The position numbers and the translations under genes are program-made. The notes beneath the pieces were generated by a model. It made no database searches. It saw only the letters and a list, made by a program, of their open reading frames with translations, and was not told where the DNA came from. DNA of 64,000 bases from Candidatus Methanoperedenaceae archaeon. Lineage in GTDB: Archaea > Halobacteriota > Methanosarcinia > Methanosarcinales > Methanoperedenaceae. The stretch covers positions 1-64,000 of the forward strand of contig CAVWCX010000018.1 in assembly GCA_963753595.1 (NCBI GenBank), in the 5' to 3' direction. Every line of letters begins with the position of its first letter. The stretch's first letter is position 1. This document shows positions 21,601-30,026 of this stretch, piece after piece.

Positions 21601-21711
21601 TCCCGCCTCCCGGACTCGAACCGGGGACTTCGCGGTGCCTGCGCGGTATTATGTGCTTTGCACATTATCCATACTACAGCCGCGCACTCTAAGCCACTGA
21701 GTTAAGGCAGG
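21601..21711 (-). tRNA. tRNA-Tyr(GTA) with a 37-nt intron at position 37/38 (intron about 21637-21673)
   Basis: Reverse complement CCTGCCTTAACTCAGTGGCTTAGAGTGCGCGGCTGTAG[intron]ACCGCGAAGTCCCCGGTTCGAGTCCGGGAGGCGGGA. Acceptor, anticodon and T stems all pair; 74 nt after splicing. Confidence 0.95.
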
Positions 21712-21861
21712 ATTACCCTTCAATACGCACAAATATACTTAACCCTTTTCGTTCCCTTTTGGCAAACCGGAAAAATCGGATGACATGTTATAGTTGCGCC
21801 TGTGGCAAATTCGATAGAATTCTTTTTTTCTAATTATGAGCAACAGGCAAATGCACCATTC

Positions 21862-21926
21862 GACATGATAACAGGATGGAGAGGATAAATTTTCAATCCA
21901 ATCCTGTTGATCCTGTAAATCCTGTC
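21862..21926. repeat. 9-mer-based palindromic REP-like repeat (ACAGGAT / ATCCTGT type)
   Basis: Three ACAGGAT-like units, an AT spacer, then three ATCCTGT units. Confidence 0.8.
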
Positions 21927-21937
21927 TGGAATTTAAA

Positions 21938-23101
21938 TCAAAATAGCGTTTTAAAGGCAACTCCCATGAATTTTATTAGCTGCAACTTAGTTCCTGTTTT
22001 CATAAGTTTTTGCAGAAGTACCGAAGGATGGTCCATGTCGCCATGTTCAGTTATGAGCTCTCTTATTTCAGGTTTGTTAAGGAACGTTATGAATTCATTA
22101 AGGTTTTCATCACTCAGTTTCCCGATGCTTTTATGGATCCTCATACCGATCTCAAGTTCCCTGCCAATTGAGCTTCGCCACTTTGTTTCGTATTCCGAAA
22201 GTGTTCCTTCTTTCCGGCATGCTCTTGCTGCGACTTCCCCGGCGATTTTTGCGCAGACCGCTCCCATATAAATCCCTCCTCCCGATGTAGGTTTGACCTG
22301 TCCTGCCGCATCACCCACAAGCATCACGTTTTTGGATACGGTTTTTCGGGGCGGGCCAAGAGGAATACCCCCGACAACGTGTTCAGTGCGTGATCCTTTG
22401 TATCTTGAAGCAACGATCGGGTGGTTCAGGAGTTTATCAAGATAAAATCTGGCAGGAAGCCCCGGATTCCTGGCAAGACCTATTCGCGCCATACCTGAAA
22501 ATGGAACTGCCCATCCGAAAAACCCGGGAGCGATCTCATTTCCTGTAAAGATCTCCACATATTCCGGGTCTTTCGGGATATAAGGGGCCTCGAACTGAAT
22601 CCCGGATATAAACTTTTCACACCTGGGAAGCCCTGCTGCCCTTCCTACACAGCTCTGTATGCCATCTGCTCCGATTATAATATCCCCGGAAATTTCTTTT
22701 TTCTCCCCCTCTGAGATCACCGATATTTTTCCATCATCCATCCCGATAAAACGGGTTTTCATGAGAATATCCACCCCATTATCCAAAGCGAGTTCAACAA
22801 GCGCCCTGTCAAACATTTTCCGGTCTATTGCATACGCTTTTACATCTTTCCCTTTGATACAGGCTTCTTCCCCATTGGGTGCATACACGAATGCCCCCCT
22901 TATTTTTGAAAGAACAAAGTTACCCTCCCCGAGTTCGCATTCTCTTAGCGCTTTTGTACTGATTAGACCCGTACACTGAACCGGTGAACCGATGCTGGCA
23001 TGTTCTTCAATAAGGAGTGTTTTTGCACCCTTAATGGCGGCATATTTTGCAGCGATTGCGCCAGCAGGACCGGCGCCAACCACTACAACATCATAGTTCA
23101 T
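21938..23101 (-). CDS. Digeranylgeranylglycerophospholipid reductase (GGR family)
   Basis: VVGAGPAG, PVQCTG, DRKMFD, GADG, APGFFGW, VGDAAGQVKPTSGGGI. Confidence 0.9.
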   Translation of the reverse strand: MNYDVVVVGAGPAGAIAAKYAAIKGAKTLLIEEHASIGSPVQCTGLISTKALRECELGEGNFVLSKIRGAFVYAPNGEEACIKGKDVKAYAIDRKMFDRALVELALDNGVDILMKTRFIGMDDGKISVISEGEKKEISGDIIIGADGIQSCVGRAAGLPRCEKFISGIQFEAPYIPKDPEYVEIFTGNEIAPGFFGWAVPFSGMARIGLARNPGLPARFYLDKLLNHPIVASRYKGSRTEHVVGGIPLGPPRKTVSKNVMLVGDAAGQVKPTSGGGIYMGAVCAKIAGEVAARACRKEGTLSEYETKWRSSIGRELEIGMRIHKSIGKLSDENLNEFITFLNKPEIRELITEHGDMDHPSVLLQKLMKTGTKLQLIKFMGVAFKTLF

Positions 23102-23151
23102 ACGTCCCTTAAAAGGGCTGTTTATGGTTAAAAATTGTTGTAATTAAAATC

Positions 23152-24111
23152 TTAAAGTCTTGAGATCCCGAAGGATTTCATGAGCACCTCTGGATCTATC
23201 TTACCGCTTGTAAAGGTCTTGGCGCTGTTGAGCTCGTTTATCGTGATCTCGGAAGGTGCAAAAACACCTGCATCCACCTTGAAGAAATCAAAGCCTGCTT
23301 CCTTGAAGGTCGTAAAGAAAGGTTTGCCATAGGAAGACGAGGTTCCGGAAGGCACTTTTACGATCAGTTCTTTCACTTTCTCCACATCGTACTTTACATT
23401 ATAATATGTCTTTCCGCAGTAGATGATGCAGTCATTCGTTGAGCCCATACATTTTGTACTATCCCCGATGATCGGAGATATGGGGGCGATGCCATAACCG
23501 CTTTTTATGGTGTTGATATCAAAACCGATAGATTCCATCTTATGAATTCCGGTCTCGACTATACGGGCTGATATCTGCACTGACCCTGCGATAGAAGCAG
23601 TAGGAGCAACCACAATATGAAGATTGGATGGATCTACATTGCAGTCTTTTGCGATCTTTTCAGTTACCTCCTCAGGCGGAAGCTTATCAGATTCAAGTAC
23701 AAGCACGGCATCACTATAAGAATCCTTGTAGTTTATCTCTGCATAGAGCTTCTTGGGATTAAGGGAAAGGGCACGCGCAGGGCCTGAACCCATGGCAAAA
23801 TATTTTCCAACGCTGATACGCCATCCAGCGTATTGTGAAGCCATGCATGCGACTATCGGGTGGTCGGTATTGACCCTGATCGCCGGAACCATGATCCCGC
23901 CAAGGTCAAAAGTAGTATATTGCAGGTCTGCAAGGTCGGCAAGGCATATCCTAGAAAGGTATAAACCTGCTTCATAACCCCCGGCTACGCTCACGCCCGC
24001 ATCAATAACCGTGGAACCGTTTTTCTGCTCATGTATCTCAACATTCATTTCGTTCGCAAAGTCAAGCATTTCGTTAAAAACACTGAGTCCGGTTTCATTT
24101 ACACTTATCAT
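23152..24111 (-). CDS. mch: Methenyl-H4MPT cyclohydrolase
   Basis: [50 protein letters not shown]. Confidence 0.97.
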   Translation of the reverse strand: MISVNETGLSVFNEMLDFANEMNVEIHEQKNGSTVIDAGVSVAGGYEAGLYLSRICLADLADLQYTTFDLGGIMVPAIRVNTDHPIVACMASQYAGWRISVGKYFAMGSGPARALSLNPKKLYAEINYKDSYSDAVLVLESDKLPPEEVTEKIAKDCNVDPSNLHIVVAPTASIAGSVQISARIVETGIHKMESIGFDINTIKSGYGIAPISPIIGDSTKCMGSTNDCIIYCGKTYYNVKYDVEKVKELIVKVPSGTSSSYGKPFFTTFKEAGFDFFKVDAGVFAPSEITINELNSAKTFTSGKIDPEVLMKSFGISRL

Positions 24112-24254
24112 AATCTGATCACGCTTTCAATTTCAGATTCCTGATTTATAAATCTGCTTATTTTGATCGGATACAAACATAATTGCCAGACCCTTACAAT
24201 ATGTGTTGGTAGTTATTCCAAAGTAATTGTTTGTTTCTGAATCAAATTAAAGGA

Positions 24255-24380
24255 TTATCTGAATAATATTGTTCCACCGACCATTGCACCGACTATTAAT
24301 AATGCCAGCATTATGAATTCAACCGCAATTCCGAGTGAGTATATTCTTAAAATATTATTTGCCGATATTTCCTCTACCAC
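24255..24380 (-). CDS. Possible small single-TM protein (41 aa from GTG)
   Basis: VVEEISANNILRIYSLGIAVEFIMLALLIVGAMVGGTILFR with an AAGGTGG SD-like motif upstream. Confidence 0.4.
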   Translation of the reverse strand: MVEEISANNILRIYSLGIAVEFIMLALLIVGAMVGGTILFR

Positions 24381-24594
24381 AATTACCACCTTTACCATCA
24401 TCATTATAGTAATAACTTTAATATAAAGTCTGTGGTCATTAGAAAATAGTATCGTCCGAATGAAATAGATTGATCATGAGTGGTAAAAAATTTGATTTAA
24501 TGGTTCTTGAATCACTCTTGGATATTTCCAGCGCAAATTGTAACGATCTCATAATTGCGTAATCTATTTACGATGCTTTTACAGTTAAGCACCT

Positions 24595-25692
24595 ATGAAA
24601 GCAGTTCTCGGGCTTGAAGATGGAACATTCGTTATTGGTGAAGGTCTTGGTGTGGAGGGCATCGTCCAGGGCGAGCTTGTTTTTACTACCCAGTACACCG
24701 GATATGAGGAAGCCCTGACTGATCCGTCATATAAAGGCCAGATATTGATGTTCACCTATCCGCTCATAGGGAACTATGGTATAAGCGGTGAATCTTTCCA
24801 GTCAAATTGCATGCAGGCAGAAGGCCTTGTGGTCCGGGAAGCATGCGATCACCCGTCGCATCACCTGTCCAAACGATCCATTTATGAATATTTGAAAGAT
24901 GAAGGAAAATCCGGGATAATGGGCATTGACACACGGATGCTCACGATCAAAACAAGGGAACGCGGAACCATGAAGGCCGCAATAATCGTTGGCAGTGATG
25001 ATGGCAAAGAGGCTGTAAGACTTGCAAGAGAACAGGAAGATATTGGCGATATTGACCTGATAGGTAAAGTCACATGCAAACAACCGTATCAAATGAAAGG
25101 GCAAAAAGACGGGGATAATATCGTTGTAATGGATTTCGGTGTAAAGAGAAATATTATCAAGAGCCTGAACAACCGGGGAGTCAATGTCACAGTCGTTCCT
25201 GCGACAACACCCCTGAAAGATATTATGAATTATGAGCCTGATGCGATACTTCTCTCAAATGGCCCGGGTGACCCGCAGCAGGCGGTAAACGGGATATCCG
25301 TGGTAAAAGAGCTTGCAGGACAGCTTCCCATATTCGGGATATGCCTTGGCCACCAGATCATTTCCCTTGCCCTTGGCGCCGAGACTTATAAAATGAAATT
25401 CGGCCACCGCGGCGCGAACCAGCCAGTGAAGGATATTGAACGGGGTATCGTGCATATTACATCACAGAATCACGGTTATGCTGTTGATGAATCAAGCATT
25501 GATACTAAAGAGATCACTATCACACAGTACAATACCAATGATAAAACCGTCGAAGGGCTAAAGCACAGGGATCTTGACATTATGTCAGTCCAATATCATC
25601 CCGAAGCGCATCCCGGGCCCCTTGATACTGAGAAGATCTTCTTTGACAGGGTGGTCGAGACTACAAAAAAGATAAAGGTACTGGTGAAATAA
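24595..25692 (+). CDS. carA: Carbamoyl-phosphate synthase small subunit
   Basis: LTDPSYKGQ, SNGPGDP, GICLGHQ, FGHRGANQP, QYHPEA. Confidence 0.97.
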   Translation: MKAVLGLEDGTFVIGEGLGVEGIVQGELVFTTQYTGYEEALTDPSYKGQILMFTYPLIGNYGISGESFQSNCMQAEGLVVREACDHPSHHLSKRSIYEYLKDEGKSGIMGIDTRMLTIKTRERGTMKAAIIVGSDDGKEAVRLAREQEDIGDIDLIGKVTCKQPYQMKGQKDGDNIVVMDFGVKRNIIKSLNNRGVNVTVVPATTPLKDIMNYEPDAILLSNGPGDPQQAVNGISVVKELAGQLPIFGICLGHQIISLALGAETYKMKFGHRGANQPVKDIERGIVHITSQNHGYAVDESSIDTKEITITQYNTNDKTVEGLKHRDLDIMSVQYHPEAHPGPLDTEKIFFDRVVETTKKIKVLVK

Positions 25693-25738
25693 GGCTTCTT
25701 TTTTGAACCTTAACTCAGCCCAGTTTTTTTCAAGAACT

Positions 25739-25809
25739 CACCGCAAAGAACACAGAGGGCGCAAAGGTCAGAATAATCGTTCTTTGCGTACTTTGCGCAC
25801 TTAGCGGTG
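25739..25809. repeat. 9-mer-based palindromic REP-like repeat (CGCAAAG / CTTTGCG type)
   Basis: CACCGCAAAGAACACAGAGGGCGCAAAG...CTTTGCGTACTTTGCGCACTTAGCGGTG. Confidence 0.8.
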
Positions 25810-25910
25810 TTTAAATATTGATAAAATTATGTAAAACCCACATTTCGCCATTATTTCTTCAAAATTATCTTTTATAAAATTTAACCTAAAAACATCAACA
25901 AACGTCTTTT

Positions 25911-25977
25911 GACAGGATTAACAGGATCGACAGGATAAATTTTATTATCTAATCCTGTAAATCCTGTTAATCCGGTC
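25911..25977. repeat. 9-mer-based palindromic REP-like repeat (ACAGGAT type), second copy
   Basis: GACAGGATTAACAGGATCGACAGGAT...ATCCTGTAAATCCTGTTAATCCGGTC. Confidence 0.85.
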
Positions 25978-26018
25978 TAAAAAAATTTAATTTATTAATA
26001 AAATCTCAGAAAGACGGT

Positions 26019-26504
26019 TTAAACCTGTGCCATTATGACCGTATAATTCTTCCCATAATATTTCGCGCATTTCGGACAGGTGGTATAGAAAAAATACATC
26101 TTTTTTAGTTCTTTGCCTTTTGATTTCACAAACCACTGCATTTCTTTTGCCCACTTCCCCATGTTCTTATATGGCCCTTCAAAAACTTTCGAAAGGAAAG
26201 TCCCGGATATCTTTTCCATCTGCGCTCCCGGCACTTCCTTGCTAACGGCAATATAGACATCAGCTCCCCACATGGATTTTTCATCAGAAAGCAAGAGTGG
26301 TTCAGGTGTAAGGGCATTTGCAGCCTGTATCTTCTCCATGTTTTTGACCATTATTTTATCGAAGTTCAAGGGTATATGCAAAAAACTCCTCACATGATCC
26401 TTGAGGAATAGCTTATCCTGGAATTTGATCTCCTTATCTTCCCATGGCCCGGGATCGAATCTTGGGCAGCAGCCCGTTTCAGATTGTTCGTATAGTTTGT
26501 CCAT
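26019..26504 (-). CDS. Conserved hypothetical protein (GyrI-like fold, often annotated as hydrolase)
   Basis: GCCPRFDPGPW...FEGPYK...YTTCPKCAKYYGKNY family signature. Confidence 0.75.
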   Translation of the reverse strand: MDKLYEQSETGCCPRFDPGPWEDKEIKFQDKLFLKDHVRSFLHIPLNFDKIMVKNMEKIQAANALTPEPLLLSDEKSMWGADVYIAVSKEVPGAQMEKISGTFLSKVFEGPYKNMGKWAKEMQWFVKSKGKELKKMYFFYTTCPKCAKYYGKNYTVIMAQV

Positions 26505-26760
26505 GAATTTTACCCACCTTTACTACTTTTACAATTTGTGGTGCTGGGTATTTATGGTTTTCTTAGGTCAAATGTTCACACATCTTACTTTATTGTCTAA
26601 AAACAACCTGGAATAATTTAATACAGGGTTATGATATATTGTAGTTATTCTCATACCATTTTTATTAGGTTCATCTAATTTTTATTCACAAACATGTATA
26701 CAAGATCTGAAAGCGAAAGGTTTAATAATTCAAAACTCACGATACAAACAGTAAAAAATT

Positions 26761-27090
26761 ATGAATAATCTTCAAATTCTAGGAATGGCTTTAGCTATTT
26801 GTGGTATGTATATCTTTTATCAATCATTGAATAAACTCTCAGATAAAACTAAATGTAAAATAGCTAAGAATATAAAGAAGTGGGGTCCTTATTTGATTGG
26901 AGTTGTAGGTCTCTGGACAATAATAGAGTTAATGATAAGCTTTCCAGACAATAAAAATGAAATTTTAATGTATACAAATGGTTCAAAAAGTTTCTCAGAA
27001 ACAAATCAGGACTCCTGAAGAACAATAATTTCAATAATTCTTTTAATTATCGGCAGTGTACTTTACTTAATAGGACAGGTATTATATGAT
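26761..27090 (+). pseudogene. Small membrane protein with an internal TGA at 27016-27018
   Basis: The frame continues after TGA with a clean TM helix RTIISIILLIIGSVLYLIGQVII* to 27090; BRE/TATA GAAAGGTTTAATA upstream. Confidence 0.55.
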
Positions 27091-27127
27091 AGATGGATCT
27101 GTCATAAATTCATAGGAGTAGAAGAAA

Positions 27128-27529
27128 ATGAATCCTGAGGATGTTTTAGTCAGAAATTCTTTATATAAAGACTGTGCAGAAATTTGTAAACGTGCTAAAT
27201 TTACACAAAAATGGATTAGACCTAAAGAAAAGTACAAGTCTCTTATAAGTCCATATTTTTATAACGAAGATTGTAAACACCCTCTCATCGTCCCAATCAT
27301 AGGTTGGGCGGGGGTGGTTGGTTTGGAAGTTGATTTATATAGAAATAAGTTGTGGAATGAGCTTGAAAAAGCAGAATTTAAAGATACTAAAAATGTTCTA
27401 AATGGGATTGGTTCTAAAGATGTAATTTGTAATTATATTATGAGTCTTTGCGTATTAAACCACGCATTGGAAGGTATAGGTTCTGTAATAGAAAGCAAAA
27501 AATTAGAATTTGGATTGATAGTAACCTGA
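27128..27529 (+). CDS. Hypothetical protein (AT-rich island)
   Basis: 133-aa ORF with AGGAG upstream; no motif. Confidence 0.5.
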   Translation: MNPEDVLVRNSLYKDCAEICKRAKFTQKWIRPKEKYKSLISPYFYNEDCKHPLIVPIIGWAGVVGLEVDLYRNKLWNELEKAEFKDTKNVLNGIGSKDVICNYIMSLCVLNHALEGIGSVIESKKLEFGLIVT

Positions 27530-27540
27530 ACAAATTAAAT

Positions 27541-28391
27541 TTATTCTAATGGGGCTACACCTAAAATAACCGCTAGCTTATTACCAGCAGAAATTACTTC
27601 GCTAGCGTACTTAAGGCCTTCATATTCTAATTGTATGATATTTTTGTTATCTTTTAAACGGCTCATAATATATCTCAAACGACTGATTTCCATTATCGTG
27701 TCCTTATTAGCTCCCATTTTCATTTTTCTTATCTGGGCGTTTAAGTTATTCTGATAATGTGCCGAAAAAAGACGATTGGTTCGATCTAATAAGGAGAGTG
27801 ATTTCGGGAAGGTACTACGCTTTTCAAATGCAAAACTTCTAATCCTATCAATCTGTAATAAATCAATATCATTAAAACCTTTTTTCAAATTATCTTCAAT
27901 TTTATTTAATTTTTTTTCAAATTCACTAATAGTAGTTACAGTTTTAAAATTTAAAAAAGATTCCTTTTTTTTCTAGGTTTGAGTGAACGTCCCCTAAATC
28001 CAACTGTGTAACCCTGACCTAAAATGGTTGAAGCCTCTCGAACAACGTCTCTAGCCAACCTTTGTGAAGGTGAGTATTTATAAATTTCGGATATATTCTT
28101 CAATTCCAATGAAAGAGAATTTGTCATCTCATGGATTTCATCATATCTTTTATAATTTTTTTCAAATAATTTTTCAATTGTATTAGGTTTTCCATTTCTG
28201 GGCAAAGGAGGAGGCGCCAACAGTTCTTTTTTCTTTGGATATCCAACTAAAGCATATTCAGAAAGAGTATTTTCTATGCGTACTGGTTCAGTTTTTTCTT
28301 TGAATTGAGATATTTGTCCAGAATTAATATGACAATGGGATGTAGAATGAATATTTAAATCATTCATCTTTATGTTTCCCCTCGCTTCCAT
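27541..28391 (-). pseudogene. Hypothetical gene split by a -1 frameshift at an A8 tract (ORFs 27951-28391 and 27541-27888)
   Basis: The downstream frame is open back to the A8 tract (T8 at 27965-27972); the upstream frame stops five codons after the tract. Confidence 0.55.
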
Positions 28392-28993
28392 AAAACTACT
28401 TTATTATCGCTTTCTATCACATAATCAAAGATAACATTATAAACCGATGTCCAACTCTTTTTGGAACTCTCAATCAATTTGTCATAGAATTCTATAATCT
28501 CTTTGCCACTTTCATCTGCAAAACCATCGTAAATTCTCCTAATTGAGTAGGCTAATTTTGATAAAACTAGAATTTTTGTTGATTCGTCCAATGTTTCAAA
28601 ATCCCCTCCCATATCTTCTTTCATTTTCTCTATGTCAATCACATCTCTTGCATTATTATCACTAAAAGCTCTAACAGTTAAGTCTTTTGAAGCATCAAAT
28701 ATGATCTCTTTCAATCCTTCATCGATTTCATCTTCTTTGAATAATTCTTTTAATTCATCATATATCTTGATTCTTAAATTGTTATCATATTTTTCACGAA
28801 AAGGTGAACTGAGAGTGTATAAATGGAAAAAACATATTCGTAGATTTTTATTATTTATATGCGAAGAAACGTCAGATAAATCAGACACAAAAGATGAAAA
28901 AAACATACTAAATCCACATGGAAATTTTGCAGTGGTTTTCCGTACATTTTCTACTATTTCAGAAAATAATTTTAGAGCATCAGAATCTTCCAT
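28370..28993 (-). CDS. Hypothetical acidic helical protein (AT-rich island)
   Basis: 207-aa ORF with GAGGG SD-like and TTTAAATA TATA-like motifs upstream. Confidence 0.6.
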   Translation of the reverse strand: MEDSDALKLFSEIVENVRKTTAKFPCGFSMFFSSFVSDLSDVSSHINNKNLRICFFHLYTLSSPFREKYDNNLRIKIYDELKELFKEDEIDEGLKEIIFDASKDLTVRAFSDNNARDVIDIEKMKEDMGGDFETLDESTKILVLSKLAYSIRRIYDGFADESGKEIIEFYDKLIESSKKSWTSVYNVIFDYVIESDNKVVLWKRGET

Positions 28994-29110
28994 AAGTTTC
29001 CCTCATTATTAAGATTAATACATCAATAGATGAAAGTAGTATTTAAATTTATTTTTAATTTTTGCGGTGGTTTTGAGAATAAAGTGAAGAGTAGCCTAAT
29101 GAAAACGATC

Positions 29111-29400
29111 AAAAAAAAAAGGTTATACGGAGACGTTGTTGTTACAGGGTACAACCTCTAGTTTCACTTTCGGCTTCATTCTTTATAAGCCTAGGCGCGC
29201 CTAGCAATCGCAGACGCTCAGGAATAACCTTATCAATCCCCAATAACTTAGCGGCATTTTGAACGTAATCGTTTAATACGAGTGGTAATGAGCGCCGCAC
29301 CAAGCACGCCTCCCAAAGGGTTCGAATCCACCTGCGGGCGCGTACTGCGGGAGGCTGAGCGACTATCCCCCGGCGCTCGGAAAGTCGCGGTGATTTCTCA
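29111..29400 (-). ncRNA. Candidate structured ncRNA 2 (multi-stem, U10 tail)
   Basis: Stems 29359-64/29383-88, 29308-14/29349-55 and 29210-20/29289-98; palindrome 29191-29204; terminal hairpin 29121-28/29149-56, then T10 on the minus strand. GC-rich in AT-rich surroundings. Confidence 0.5.
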
Positions 29401-29445
29401 CGCTGTTCTTTTTCCATGAAGAGGATGCGCAACTTTTGTTCACGC

Positions 29446-29543
29446 AAAAAAATCCGGCGCCCGCCCTTTATCAAATGCAGTGCGTTTGCCCCGAAATGCT
29501 CGGCCGGGCGGGAATAATATATTTCCCCGGGGAGACAAGCGCC
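29446..29543 (-). ncRNA. Candidate structured ncRNA 1 (about 90-100 nt, end-paired, U7 tail)
   Basis: 5' GGCGCUUGUC pairs with 3' GGCGGGCGCC through G-U wobbles (minus strand only); internal hairpins; TATA-like TTTAAT about 25 nt upstream; T7 downstream. Confidence 0.55.
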
Positions 29544-29616
29544 AATAATTATAACATTATAAAGATTAAATTATAGGCGCCAGTGCATCTGTAATGAAGT
29601 AATTTCGGATTTTGAA

Positions 29617-29646
29617 ACCGCAGATGAACGCTGATAAACGCAGATT
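29617..29646 (+). repeat. Half copy of a 9-mer repeat (CGCAGAT type)
   Basis: ACCGCAGATGAACGCTGATAAACGCAGATT: three units, no inverted arm visible. Confidence 0.65.
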
Positions 29647-29749
29647 TATATAATATCATATGCGGCGCACAAATATATTTCCTTAAGAGTTACTGGTTGC
29701 GTTAATTATTTAATTTATTCTTGAGAAAATGTTCATCCCTAGAAAAATC

Positions 29750-29769
29750 AACCACAGAGTCCACAGAGA
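29750..29769. repeat. Left part of a CACAGAG-type palindromic repeat interrupted by IS110
   Basis: AACCACAGAGTCCACAGAGA; rejoins 31504-31553 to give a complete 3+3-unit palindrome. Confidence 0.8.
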
Positions 29770-29775
29770 ACGTAC

Positions 29776-29787
29776 TATTAAACCTTT
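29776..29787 (-). promoter_or_regulatory. Outward-facing archaeal BRE/TATA (AAAGGTTTAATA) at the IS110 right end
   Basis: Same 12-mer as the promoter-like motif at about 26716-26727; lies 6 bp inside the core. Confidence 0.55.
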
Positions 29788-30026
29788 GGTTTGACAAGTC
29801 CAATATTTTATCTGAAAAGGGGGACATTCCGCTGTCCCCCTTAAACCCCCTTTCGGTTAATCGTCTGCTGACGACACCCGGCAAGGGGTGTCGTCCTCGA
29901 CTCTCATTTTTATCAAGATAGAGGCTACCTGGGACTGTAATCAACTGTCTTTATTAATCAAAATAGCCAATATAGTCTCCACTAATATTGGTATTGTTTG
30001 GTCAATTCCCTTTCTAAAATAACTAC

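Noticed and set aside
21637-21673. tRNA-Tyr intron as a novelty
   Set aside because: Canonical 37/38 introns are common in archaeal tRNAs.
27016-27018. Selenocysteine recoding of the in-frame TGA
   Set aside because: No redox motif context and no SECIS-like hairpin visible; a nonsense mutation is simpler.
29140-29200. Hammerhead-like AAUGAAG...GAAA on the minus strand
   Set aside because: The required CUGANGA core and three-stem junction are not present.
29142-29474. 110-aa ORF with a faint resemblance to tyrosine recombinase box II (AAKLLGIDKVIPERLRLLGAPRLIKN)
   Set aside because: Lacks the catalytic HxxR His and the downstream His/Tyr. It has a TTG start and Arg-rich shadow composition, and overlaps strongly paired sequence better explained as RNA. 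An HMM search would settle it.
29702-29944. 80-aa ORF spanning the IS110 right end
   Set aside because: Crosses the element boundary and the hairpins; no coding signal.
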